Shown: positions 11,074-20,713 of the stretch, piece after piece
How the letters are laid out: each line of letters starts with the position of its first letter
Position numbering within the stretch: the first letter of the stretch is position 1
Position numbers and translations under genes: made by a program
Notes under the pieces: generated by a model
The model's database searches: none
Seen by the model: only the letters and a program-made list of their open reading frames with translations
Told to the model about the DNA's origin: nothing
Origin: an uncultured delta proteobacterium
GTDB taxonomy: Bacteria > Desulfobacterota > Zymogenia > Zymogenales > Zymogenaceae
Direction of reading: 5' to 3'
DNA length: 64,000 nucleotides
NCBI GenBank assembly: GCA_963735595.1
Contig: CAVTLK010000002.1
Coordinates: forward strand, 192,001-256,000

Positions 11074-14000
11074 ATGAAGCGGGTGTTAGTTGTCGGAAAG
11101 TCGAAGTCCGCTACCGCTCAACTGAAACGTACCCTGACCTCCCTTGATTACGACGTGGCCGGGGTAGCCATGACCGGGGCGGCGGCACTCCTTAAAGTGG
11201 AGAGCCTCGCGCCCGACATCGTCCTTATAGATGCGGCCATTCCCGGAGAAATAGACGGAATCGATACGGCACGGCTGGTACAGGAAGGCCTTAGTACACC
11301 CGCTTTTCTCCTCGTAGATCATGCGGATGAGCAATCGATATCTCGCCTAAACCAAGCAAAACTATACAAATACTTCGTCAAACCGGTTAAAAAGGAAGAG
11401 CTAAAAGCCGGCATTGAGGACGCGCTCAAGAAATGGGAGACGAAAAGGGATATACCCAGGCTGTACGAGGAACTGGTCGAAAATACCTATGATCTGATCC
11501 ACGTACAGGACGGAGACGGGAATATTACGTTTATCAACAACGCGGTTACCGAAACGCTCGGATACTCTTACAAGGAAATCGTCGGAAAAAACGTAAAGGA
11601 TATCGTAACCTCCGAAACCTTTCGGCTGTTGAGGGATATACTCAAGAGGCGGCTCGCGGGAGAAGGCGCGCATGCATTTGAGATGCAGGTCTATGATAAA
11701 CAGGGTAACCTCAAGACCCTTGAGACTCGTGAACGACTCATATGGGAGGGTAATCGGATTGTCGAGATCCAGGGAATCTCGCGCGACATCACCGAACGAA
11801 AGCGTATCGAGAATGATCTGCTGCTGCTCAATCGTCTCAAGGAACAGCTCCTCGTCCCGCACGGCCCTTTCGAAAAGCTGAAGCTCATCACCGATAAGAT
11901 CGTCGAGATATTCAACGCCGATTTCGCTCGAATATGGATGGTCGGCCCCGGCGATCTCTGTGATAGAGGGTGCTATCACGCGGGCGCCGGAGAAGGTCCC
12001 CATACATGCCGTGATCGAAGCCGCTGCCTTCACCTGGTGGCCAGTTCGGGTCGGTATACGCATATCGACGGCAAGCAACACCGGCGCGTGCCGTTGGGTG
12101 CCTATAAGATCGGCCGGGTCGCATCGGGCCGGGATCTTAAATTCCTGACCAACGACGTGCCCCATGATCCGCGGGTGCACGATCATGCCTGGGCCAAAAA
12201 AATAGGCCTGGTCTCCTTTGCCGGGTACCGGCTTCTCTCGAAAGAAGGGGAGCCCATCGGCGTTTTGGCGCTTTTCGGTACGCACCCCATCTCCCCGCAG
12301 GAAGATGCCCTCCTGGAGGATCTGGCAAACACGACCGCCCAGGTTATCCAATCGTCCCTCGCCGAGGAGATCCTCCGGGAATCGGAGGAACGATACCGAG
12401 CCCTCTTCGAGAACGCCGCATTCGGTATTTTTCGCACACTTCCCGAGGGTAGGTTTTTGAAGGTTAACACAGCCTTCGCCAGGATGCTGGGTTATGAATC
12501 GTCAGATGAAATGATTTCATCGGTAAAAGATGTTTCAAGTGATATCTATCTGAAGCCCGGGAGCCGGAACAAGGTATTGGGTGAGATTACCCAAAGACGC
12601 GGGTGGGGGATCTTCGAAGAGCGTTTCCGACGCAAGGACGGCTCCGATATCTTCGTTAAACTGCATATACGTCCGGTGTACGGACCCGATAACGCCTTCC
12701 AATATCTCGAGGGGTTCGTCGAGGACATTACCGAAAGGAAGCGGGCGGAGGAGGCTACGCGGAGAGACCAACAGCTCAAGGATAAGATTCTTCAAACCGC
12801 TGCTGTGGCGATTGCCTTTGCCGAGAACAGGAAGATAAACTGGGGTAACGCGGCAATGGAACAGACCTTTGGCTTCTCGGACGCGAGTGAGTATATTGGG
12901 AAGGATATCTCAATCCTCTACGCTTCGGATGAGGAGTATCAGCGCATCGGGAAGCTGGTCTACGGGGGAGGGGGATCCGGGGCGATTATCGAGGCGGTGG
13001 CGAGGCTCAGGCGGGCCGACTCGACTGAATTTCTCGGGCTTTTACGGGCCAGCATTGTTGACCCGGCCGAACCCCTCAAAGAGGCCGTTGTCAGTTACCT
13101 GGATATAACGGAAAAGACAAAGGCGGAGGAGGCTATACGCAGAGACCAGCAGCTTAAAGAGAAGATACTTCAAACCGCTACCGTAGGGATCGCCTTTGCC
13201 GAGAACAGGAAAATAACCTGGGCCAACGCGGCGATGGAACAGACCTTCGGCTTCTCTAACGCCGCTGAATATGTCGGAAAGGATACCTCCATCCTCTATG
13301 CGTCGGACGAGGAATATGAACGTATTGGAAAGCTGGCTTATGAAGGGCTAAAATCCGGGGAGATCATCGAGGCCGTCGCGGGATTCAGGCGGGCTGACTC
13401 GACTGAGTTTCTCGGGCTTGTACGGGTCAGTTTTGTCTATCCCACCGACCCCCTCAGGGAGATCGTCGTCAGCATCTCGGATATCACGGCAAAGACGGAG
13501 GCGGAAGAGGCCCTCAGGGAGAGCGAACGGCGCTACCGCTTACTTGCCGAAAATGCAGACGATATAATTTTCATGATGAATGCCGACCTCAAATTCACCT
13601 ACATCAGCCCCTCGGTTACCCGGATACGCGGATTTACGGTCGAGGAGGCGATGACCCAGACGATAGAGGAGGCGCTCACGCCGGATTCGCTGAAGGTGAT
13701 GATGAGTCATTTCGAACAGGGGATAGCGGCGGAGGCCGACGGAACCGATGACCGTGTCTATACACAGAGAATCGAGCTGGAAGAGACGTGTAAAGACGGC
13801 TCTACAATCTGGACCGAGACTATGGTTTCGGTCTTGAGAGACGAGAATGATACGTTTTCCGGCCTGCTCGGCATTACCCGCGAGATCACCGAGCGCAGGC
13901 AGGCCGAAGTTGCGCTGGCGGAATCCGAAGAAAAATATCGGATGGTCGTGGAAAACGCCTACGAGGGTATAGCGGTCATACAGGAGAATGTCCTTGTATT

Positions 14001-16137
14001 CGCCAACAGGAGGCTCCTGGATATATTCGGCTATACCGAGGAGGAATTCCTGGGTAAAAGCTACAATGATTTTCTGGTCGCCGACGATCAGGGAGAAGCC
14101 GATGCCGAATACCACCGTAAAGTCTCCGGAGGCGGTTATTCATACCTTTCGCTCCTGCGGATCATCACCAAGGAGGGAGAAGTCAGATGGACGGAAGTCA
14201 GCGGAATCCAGATTCCGTGGGAAGGCAAGCCCGCACTTATCATCTTTGTTCGTGACGTCACCGAGCGGAAAGCAATCGAGCAGGCGCTGATTCAGAGCGA
14301 GGCAAAATACCGCGATTTGATCGAAAACGCCATTGACCTTATTTTTACCGTCGATACGGAAGGGAATTTTCTCGAAGTCAACGAATCGCTGTTGCGGGAT
14401 ACCGGTTATTCAAAGCAGGATATTGTATCGACAGGCTTCAGGGATTTCGTCCATCCCGAGGATGCAGGTATCGCCCTTGACGCCTATGAGAAGGGCAGGC
14501 AGGGATTACCCCACGAATTCGAGATGAGGGGGAAGAAGAAAGCCGGAACGTACGGCTGGTATTCGTTCGTCATCAGGCCGATCTTCGACATAAACGGTGC
14601 CGTTGAGTACGTGCACTGTATAGCACGCAATATCACCGACCGTAAAACGGCCGAGGAGGCCCTGATCGATTCGGAAAAGAAATTCAGGGGCGTGTTCGAG
14701 ATGTCCCGGGACTTCATGTTTATCTCCTCACTTTCCGGGGAGATACTGGACTATAACCCTCAGGCGAAGGGCTTCTTTGGGTACACTGACGAGGAGATCA
14801 AGAAGACCAATATTATAGATATTTACGCGAATCCCAATGAAAGGGACGCAGTGCTTGCGAAGCTCATGGCAGAGGGTTTCGTGGAGAATTACGAGATCAG
14901 TCTGAAAAGGAAGGACGGCTCGATTATAGACGCGCTGGTGACTGCGACGGTGCAAAGAGACAGACAGGGAGACATTACCGGTTTCCAGGGATCGGCCAGG
15001 GATATCACTCAAATGAAGCGGATGGAACGTCAATTACTTCAAGCCGAGAAGCTTTCGGGCCTGGGCACGATGATTTCCGGGGTGGCCCACGAAATAAACA
15101 ACCCTCTGACGGCGATAATGGGCAACGCCGAGCTCATGCTGATGAACGATTCCGCTGACTCCAATGACAGGAGGTCATTGGAGGTAATCCTCCACGAGTC
15201 GGAGCGGGCGGCTAAGATTGTCGGCGGCCTGCTTACGTTTGCGCGGGAGCATACTCCGGAACGCAGGATGATCAGCGTCAACGATGTCATCATGGAGGCG
15301 CATCGGTTGAGAGAGTATAGCCTGCGCGTCAGCAACATAAAGACGGAGCTATTCCTCTCCGACGATCTGCCGCTTACTTTTGCCGACCCTTACCAGCTCC
15401 AGCAGGTATTTTCCAATATCATGAACAACGCGCGCGACGCACTCATGGACGTGGGGGGGGGGGGGACGCTCACCATCAGGACCTTACGTAACGGCGCGAA
15501 GCTCCTCATCGAGTTAGAGGACGACGGCACGGGGATCACCACCGAAAATATGCAAAAGATATTCGATCCCTTTTTCACGACGAAGGATATTGGGAAAGGA
15601 ACGGGATTGGGCCTTTCCATCGCCTACGGAATCGTTGAAGAGCATAACGGGAAAATCGAAATCGAAAGCCGGCAGGGCAGGGGCGCCAAATTTACGGTTG
15701 AATTACCCATTGTTGACAGGGCCGAACGCGCAATGACAAGGGTTCCCGCGGAGCCAAAGGTCATAACGGGCGGGAGATCGATACTTATTGTTGACGACGA
15801 AAGAGACGTGTTGGAATTTGTATCACGTGCCCTGGCCCAGTACGGTTATGTTATCCAGACGGCTTCAACCGCCGAAGAAGCCCTGGCATTGATGTATACG
15901 CAGGCGTTTGACGCCGTCGTTGCGGATATCAAGATGCCCGGTATGGGAGGAAAAGAGATGTATGCATACGTCAGGGAGCATATGCCGGGCGCGGCGGAAA
16001 AAATACTGTTCATTACGGGGGATATTCTGGGTGATGAGACTCAGGCCTTTATTGCGGACACCGGCAACATGTGTATCAAAAAACCGTTCAAGATAGGGGA
16101 ATTTGTCGCCAGGCTCAACGAACTCATCATTCCATGA
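11074..16137 (+). CDS. Giant hybrid sensor histidine kinase (REC-PAS-GAF-multi-PAS-HisKA-HATPase-REC), 1687 aa
   Basis: Repeated PAS ends (DITERK), H-box GVAHEINNPL, N/G boxes ([26 protein letters not shown]), C-terminal receiver (IVDDE, DIKMPG). Confidence 0.92.
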   Translation: MKRVLVVGKSKSATAQLKRTLTSLDYDVAGVAMTGAAALLKVESLAPDIVLIDAAIPGEIDGIDTARLVQEGLSTPAFLLVDHADEQSISRLNQAKLYKYFVKPVKKEELKAGIEDALKKWETKRDIPRLYEELVENTYDLIHVQDGDGNITFINNAVTETLGYSYKEIVGKNVKDIVTSETFRLLRDILKRRLAGEGAHAFEMQVYDKQGNLKTLETRERLIWEGNRIVEIQGISRDITERKRIENDLLLLNRLKEQLLVPHGPFEKLKLITDKIVEIFNADFARIWMVGPGDLCDRGCYHAGAGEGPHTCRDRSRCLHLVASSGRYTHIDGKQHRRVPLGAYKIGRVASGRDLKFLTNDVPHDPRVHDHAWAKKIGLVSFAGYRLLSKEGEPIGVLALFGTHPISPQEDALLEDLANTTAQVIQSSLAEEILRESEERYRALFENAAFGIFRTLPEGRFLKVNTAFARMLGYESSDEMISSVKDVSSDIYLKPGSRNKVLGEITQRRGWGIFEERFRRKDGSDIFVKLHIRPVYGPDNAFQYLEGFVEDITERKRAEEATRRDQQLKDKILQTAAVAIAFAENRKINWGNAAMEQTFGFSDASEYIGKDISILYASDEEYQRIGKLVYGGGGSGAIIEAVARLRRADSTEFLGLLRASIVDPAEPLKEAVVSYLDITEKTKAEEAIRRDQQLKEKILQTATVGIAFAENRKITWANAAMEQTFGFSNAAEYVGKDTSILYASDEEYERIGKLAYEGLKSGEIIEAVAGFRRADSTEFLGLVRVSFVYPTDPLREIVVSISDITAKTEAEEALRESERRYRLLAENADDIIFMMNADLKFTYISPSVTRIRGFTVEEAMTQTIEEALTPDSLKVMMSHFEQGIAAEADGTDDRVYTQRIELEETCKDGSTIWTETMVSVLRDENDTFSGLLGITREITERRQAEVALAESEEKYRMVVENAYEGIAVIQENVLVFANRRLLDIFGYTEEEFLGKSYNDFLVADDQGEADAEYHRKVSGGGYSYLSLLRIITKEGEVRWTEVSGIQIPWEGKPALIIFVRDVTERKAIEQALIQSEAKYRDLIENAIDLIFTVDTEGNFLEVNESLLRDTGYSKQDIVSTGFRDFVHPEDAGIALDAYEKGRQGLPHEFEMRGKKKAGTYGWYSFVIRPIFDINGAVEYVHCIARNITDRKTAEEALIDSEKKFRGVFEMSRDFMFISSLSGEILDYNPQAKGFFGYTDEEIKKTNIIDIYANPNERDAVLAKLMAEGFVENYEISLKRKDGSIIDALVTATVQRDRQGDITGFQGSARDITQMKRMERQLLQAEKLSGLGTMISGVAHEINNPLTAIMGNAELMLMNDSADSNDRRSLEVILHESERAAKIVGGLLTFAREHTPERRMISVNDVIMEAHRLREYSLRVSNIKTELFLSDDLPLTFADPYQLQQVFSNIMNNARDALMDVGGGGTLTIRTLRNGAKLLIELEDDGTGITTENMQKIFDPFFTTKDIGKGTGLGLSIAYGIVEEHNGKIEIESRQGRGAKFTVELPIVDRAERAMTRVPAEPKVITGGRSILIVDDERDVLEFVSRALAQYGYVIQTASTAEEALALMYTQAFDAVVADIKMPGMGGKEMYAYVREHMPGAAEKILFITGDILGDETQAFIADTGNMCIKKPFKIGEFVARLNELIIP
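12748..13503 (+). repeat. Intragenic tandem duplication of one PAS module (~378-bp period)
   Basis: EEATRRDQQLKDKILQTAAVAIAFAENRKINWGNAAMEQTFGFS... and EEAIRRDQQLKEKILQTATVGIAFAENRKITWANAAMEQTFGFS... start at ~12748 and ~13126. Confidence 0.9.
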
Positions 16138-16220
16138 ACTGCGTCCCACGAGGGAAAGGCAATAATAGAAAAAAACGGGGTGGATATATCCACCCCGTTT
16201 CGATTTCGTGACCGTCCTGA

Positions 16221-17915
16221 CTATTTTCTCAGACGTTTCTTGTCGAGTTTACCCACGGCCGTCAGCGGCAGCGCGTCCATAAATTCAATGACCTTGGGCA
16301 CTTCGTATGGTGAGAGCTTCTCCTTGGCGTACTTATCGATATCCTTTTTGACGGCCTCGCGGTCGCCCGCGGCGAACTCGGGCTTAAGCTGAATGTAGGC
16401 CTTGACGAACTCGGAGCCTGGCCGATCCGGATTGGGAACGCCTATCATCGCGGCCATGTCGACGGCGGGGTGGCGGGACAACACGTCTTCGACCTTAACC
16501 GAGAAGACCTTAAATCCGCCGACGATGATCATGTCTTTGGTTCGGTCGACAATCCGCAGGTAGCCCTCGTCGTCCATAATTACCACGTCGCCGGTGTGCA
16601 TGTAGCCGTCCTTGTCCACGGCGTTCTTGGTCTCATCGGGTTTCTTGTAGTAGCCAACCATTATCATCGGTCCCTTGACCCACAGTTCACCGGGCTTGCC
16701 GTGTTCGGCCTCCTTACCGGTGGCAGGATCGACCAGCTTGACTTCCGTATTGAGTATCGGAAGGCCGATCGTACCGAGCTTCTTCTTACCCTTGGAGGGG
16801 TTCATGACAGTCAGGGGCGAGGTCTCGGACATCCCGTATACCTCCAGGAGCTTGGACTTGCCTACGATGGATTCAAGCTCCTTCTGGGATTCCTCGGGGA
16901 ACGGCGAGGCCGCGGATATACAGACCTCAAGGTTGCTATGATCCAGCGACTTGAACTTCGGGGTGGAAATCAGCAGTTGGAAGAGGGACGGTACATTGAC
17001 AAGGGTAGTCGGGCGATACTTTGTCAGCTCGTTGCAGATGTGCATGGTGTCTCTTGGGTTCGCGATCAACACCTGGGTCCAGCCCAGGTATATGCAGTTC
17101 TCATTGAAGAAGAGTCCCGCGATGTGAAAAAACGGGAATCCCGACAGCGCCGGGCCCTTGCCCGGTTCCCAGGAAAGCCATTTCTGGACGATCAACAGGT
17201 CGGCGACGGCGTTGCGATGCGAGAGCATCGCTCCCTTGGGTGCGCCGGTAGTGCCGCCGGTATACTGTATATAGGCGATGTCGTTGGGTGTTATCTTTAC
17301 GCCGGGGTCTTTGTCAGAGAAGGTCTTGGTCTTAATTACTTCTTCCATCCGATAGACGGTCTTTCCGGTAAGCGGCGTTACATCGCCGGTTGGGAACTTT
17401 TTAAGGAGCTTTCCAAGCACCCGCTTGGCCGGAGGGAGAAATCCCCCGATACTGGCCGCTACGATCACCGTGAGCTTCGGCAGTTTGTCGGCGATCTGGG
17501 TAACACGGGCCGCGAAGATAGCGTCCAGCGTAACAAGGCCCCTGGCATCCGAATCCTTGAGCTGGTACTCCATCTCTTCGGTGGACAGCAGCGGCGAAAC
17601 GCCGGAAACGACGCATCCGGCCTTGAGGGTCCCCAGCCAGGCAATAACGTATTCGGGGATGTTGGGAAGGTTAATGCCGACGACGTCTCCCTTCTTCAGT
17701 CCGGCGCGTATGAGCATGTCGGCGAAACGATTGGACAATGCGTCGAGTTCCTTGAACGTAATCTCGGTCCCCATGAAGGCCAGCGCGATCTTATCAGGGA
17801 ACCTGTTAAAAGTTGGCTTGACTGCGTCAACGAAATTGACCTCGAATAGTTTCGGGTCGAGATCGTTAAGCCCCTTGTCCCACGATTTTCTCCAAATCTG
17901 CTCCCTTGTTGCCAT
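16221..17915 (-). CDS. Long-chain fatty-acid--CoA ligase (AMP-binding), paralog 2
   Basis: Same motifs as 8938..10632 and colinear with it; start MATREQIWRKSW matches MARREQIWKKSW; GGGAGG RBS. Confidence 0.92.
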   Translation of the reverse strand: MATREQIWRKSWDKGLNDLDPKLFEVNFVDAVKPTFNRFPDKIALAFMGTEITFKELDALSNRFADMLIRAGLKKGDVVGINLPNIPEYVIAWLGTLKAGCVVSGVSPLLSTEEMEYQLKDSDARGLVTLDAIFAARVTQIADKLPKLTVIVAASIGGFLPPAKRVLGKLLKKFPTGDVTPLTGKTVYRMEEVIKTKTFSDKDPGVKITPNDIAYIQYTGGTTGAPKGAMLSHRNAVADLLIVQKWLSWEPGKGPALSGFPFFHIAGLFFNENCIYLGWTQVLIANPRDTMHICNELTKYRPTTLVNVPSLFQLLISTPKFKSLDHSNLEVCISAASPFPEESQKELESIVGKSKLLEVYGMSETSPLTVMNPSKGKKKLGTIGLPILNTEVKLVDPATGKEAEHGKPGELWVKGPMIMVGYYKKPDETKNAVDKDGYMHTGDVVIMDDEGYLRIVDRTKDMIIVGGFKVFSVKVEDVLSRHPAVDMAAMIGVPNPDRPGSEFVKAYIQLKPEFAAGDREAVKKDIDKYAKEKLSPYEVPKVIEFMDALPLTAVGKLDKKRLRK

Positions 17916-18679
17916 AGAATTCCTCCCACTGGTGAGAATAAAGAAGATGATGGTTCTGCGTGCTTCACCCGGAACGTGAGCACGATGGTAACGCGTCTCC
18001 CTGAATTTCCGTAGCGAAAAGGAAAGGTGACACCGCGGTAATCGGTCATTCCGGAGTCGGGTCAATAAGAGTAGAATAAGGGGATAACAGCGGGTGGAAT
18101 ATAGAGCCGCTTCCGACGTAGCCGCGTGTGGGAACGATAACCTATTTTAACGAGGACGTCAAGCCCTTTATCCCTGAATGTCACCATCTATACGCTTAGG
18201 ACTCAAGGCCGGGGCGGCTGAAGACACGGCCTGGCCGTCTTGATTATGGGAGGCCCTTTGCGTTAGCGTCGCTTGATCGGATACGTATCGGAAAGATCTC
18301 AATCCGCCACTCACTGTAAGGTCGGCTGGGCAGGTGGATCGGAGGGGTACTCCTGTCATTGAGGCGATGGAGAGGCAACTGACGGATGAACAATATCGGT
18401 GACGGGAGTCTCACGACCGTCAATCACGGGACATACAGGCACTTAAAATGGATACCGTATATAAAACCGCGGTACCACCGTTGCGGATTAAGACGTGTAT
18501 ATCGGTGCTGGAGCAGACACTGCGACCGGATGTACCGGGGCGGTAGAGATGGGGAGGCCGCCTAAAGTGGATTATCCGTTTTTCGTCTCGAGAGGAATCG
18601 GTACATCGAAGTGCCCCTGTGCAGAGGCACTAATGGACCTACAATCAGACCGAGAACGCGAAAGGCTTGCCCGCCTGTC

Positions 18680-19696
18680 TTACTGGCCCTCCATCGCCGT
18701 GCAGGCGTCTACTATTTTCAGGTCACACGCGGACTTGAAATCCTTTCTGGCCTCTTCTTTTTTGTTCAATTTAAGGTAGCTAACGCCCCGATTCCAGTAG
18801 GATTGGGCGAACTTTGAGTTAAGGCTTATGGCCTTGGTATAATCGGTAATGGCGCTGTCATAGTTGCCCATCTCGTAATATACGACGCCTCGGTTGTTAT
18901 AGACGATATAGTCATTAGGGGCAAGGGATATCGTCTTGTTATAGTCGGCTAACGCCTCCTTGTGTTTGCCCTGTTTCCAGTAGACGACTCCCCTGTTATT
19001 ATAGGCGGGCGCCGAGTTTGGCTCTATAGACAAGAGCTTGTTATAATCGGCGAGCGCTTCCTTATATTTCTGCATATTTCTGTAGGCCAGACCACGGAAG
19101 AGGTAGGCATCGGTCATCTTCGGCTCAAGCTCTATGGTTCGGTTGAAGAAGCTGACGGCGTTTTCATAGTCTCCCTTATCGACGAAATCGGTAGCGATCT
19201 TAAACCAATCGGCAGCGGTTCGGTTTTCTATACCTCCTTCGCCGCCGGAGGTGATCCCGCCGAGGGTCGAGGCGATGTGGTTGCAGGCCTTTTCAAGACC
19301 GAAATCGCAAGCCCTCTTGAAATCGGCCTCCGCCTCCTTTAGGCTGCCCATCTTTTCGTAAGTGAGCCCCCGCTGGTAGTACATCGAGCGGTTGGTTTTA
19401 TTCTTGTTGAGGAATTCGGTAAAATCCTTAACGGCGTTTTCATACTGCTCGGTGTGGAAATATGACATTCCCCGCATCCTGTAGGGCTCGGGCTCCGGAT
19501 TGGTTTTGATATACTCAGTCAGACACGAGATGCAGGCGTCATACTTCTTACTGTCGAAAAGGAGGGAGCATTCTTCAAACGATTTGGCCTTTGACGACGG
19601 GGCATAGCTGATATATAAAAAAAAGGAGAGCGAGGCGACGGCGATTGCGCTCAGGATAAGCAGTAACCTCTTCTTCCTTTTATCTTCTTTTGCCAT
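18680..19696 (-). CDS. Tetratricopeptide repeat protein with N-terminal membrane anchor
   Basis: Repeated AY(NN)RG...A..DY.KAI.L.P units; hydrophobic N-terminus after a KKRKKR-like basic patch. Confidence 0.85.
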   Translation of the reverse strand: MAKEDKRKKRLLLILSAIAVASLSFFLYISYAPSSKAKSFEECSLLFDSKKYDACISCLTEYIKTNPEPEPYRMRGMSYFHTEQYENAVKDFTEFLNKNKTNRSMYYQRGLTYEKMGSLKEAEADFKRACDFGLEKACNHIASTLGGITSGGEGGIENRTAADWFKIATDFVDKGDYENAVSFFNRTIELEPKMTDAYLFRGLAYRNMQKYKEALADYNKLLSIEPNSAPAYNNRGVVYWKQGKHKEALADYNKTISLAPNDYIVYNNRGVVYYEMGNYDSAITDYTKAISLNSKFAQSYWNRGVSYLKLNKKEEARKDFKSACDLKIVDACTAMEGQ

Positions 19697-20048
19697 TTCC
19701 TAATCCCCTTAAAGGTATATATCGGTGTTCAGGGCTGCCGGCCGCGGGTATACGGGATGCCTATCAGCATGGATATGCCGGATTGCCCCGTACAATTATA
19801 ATAACAATATGCCCGTAGGTCAAACATTTTGTACAACAATGTAAAACGGGGATACAATCACAGAGGATCGTACGAAATACCGATTCTGAGAAGGCGAGAA
19901 AATTTGTAGTATCACAAGACTATTTGCAGATATGCAATTATTTCGAACCACCGGTGATTTCCTATGATGACGTGCCGGCACCCTTAAAAAAACTATAATG
20001 ATATTATAGTGTTATGGAGGACAAACCAATACAGAGCGGTGGAGTTAA

Positions 20049-20064
20049 TGGCATGCTATTTGCT
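20049..20064 (+). promoter_or_regulatory. Sigma-54 (-24/-12) promoter for the pilin gene
   Basis: TGGCATGCTATTTGCT has GG-N10-GC spacing and lies ~37 nt upstream of the pilin ATG. Confidence 0.75.
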
Positions 20065-20100
20065 TATTCTATTATCAATACATCGGGGAATTAAAAAACC

Positions 20101-20547
20101 ATGAAGATGAACCGAAAAAGGTCGGCATTAATAGGCAGGCGGTCCGGTTTTACGCTTATAGAATTGATGATCACCGTAATGGTTCTCACGATCCTCGCGT
20201 CATTCGCTATTCCTCTTTACGTCAACTACAAAGCCGGGGCTATGCAATCGGAGGCGAGGGTCCTTCTGGAAAGCCTCTGGACGAGTGAGATCTCCTACTA
20301 TTCAGACAAGAGCGTTTATACCGGGGATTATACCGTTTTAGGGACCGATCCTATACACGATTCCAAGTACTATAAGAATTGGGATCTTTTTTCCTATCCG
20401 GCGGCGACGCTGCAGGATTTCGTTGCGACCTGCTCGACAAACCTTGACCGCGATATCTTTATGGATACCTGGCTGGTATCTTCGGATACCACACTGACCT
20501 CCGGGGAAAAGATCATCAACACCTTCAATGACGTCCAGGATCGGTAG
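20101..20547 (+). CDS. Type IV pilin (prepilin N-terminal cleavage/methylation motif)
   Basis: Basic leader ...RRSG|FTLIELMITVMVLTILASFAIPLY (G-1, F+1, E+5). Confidence 0.9.
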   Translation: MKMNRKRSALIGRRSGFTLIELMITVMVLTILASFAIPLYVNYKAGAMQSEARVLLESLWTSEISYYSDKSVYTGDYTVLGTDPIHDSKYYKNWDLFSYPAATLQDFVATCSTNLDRDIFMDTWLVSSDTTLTSGEKIINTFNDVQDR

Positions 20548-20713
20548 AACCTTCTATCGCCCGGCCGTGGCCGGGCCGACATTGACGGTCGCCGTAATCT
20601 CCTTTTCGCCTCGCGGAAAGGAGATTACTATTATGGCACCGCTCCCTGATCAGATCATTGTAGTAACCATACGCAATGAGCTTTGCGCCGCTGTGGGCCC
20701 GATCATAGGGGGC

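Noticed and set aside
16470..17849. Long antisense ORFs (e.g. 16470..17849, 34223..35404, 24134..25204, 31473..32567)
   Set aside because: Shadow frames opposite well-supported genes, expected in GC-rich DNA.
17916..18680. ncRNA or riboswitch in the ~760-bp intergenic gap
   Set aside because: No motif I can recognise, and the small ORFs lack support; an Rfam/Infernal scan would be needed.
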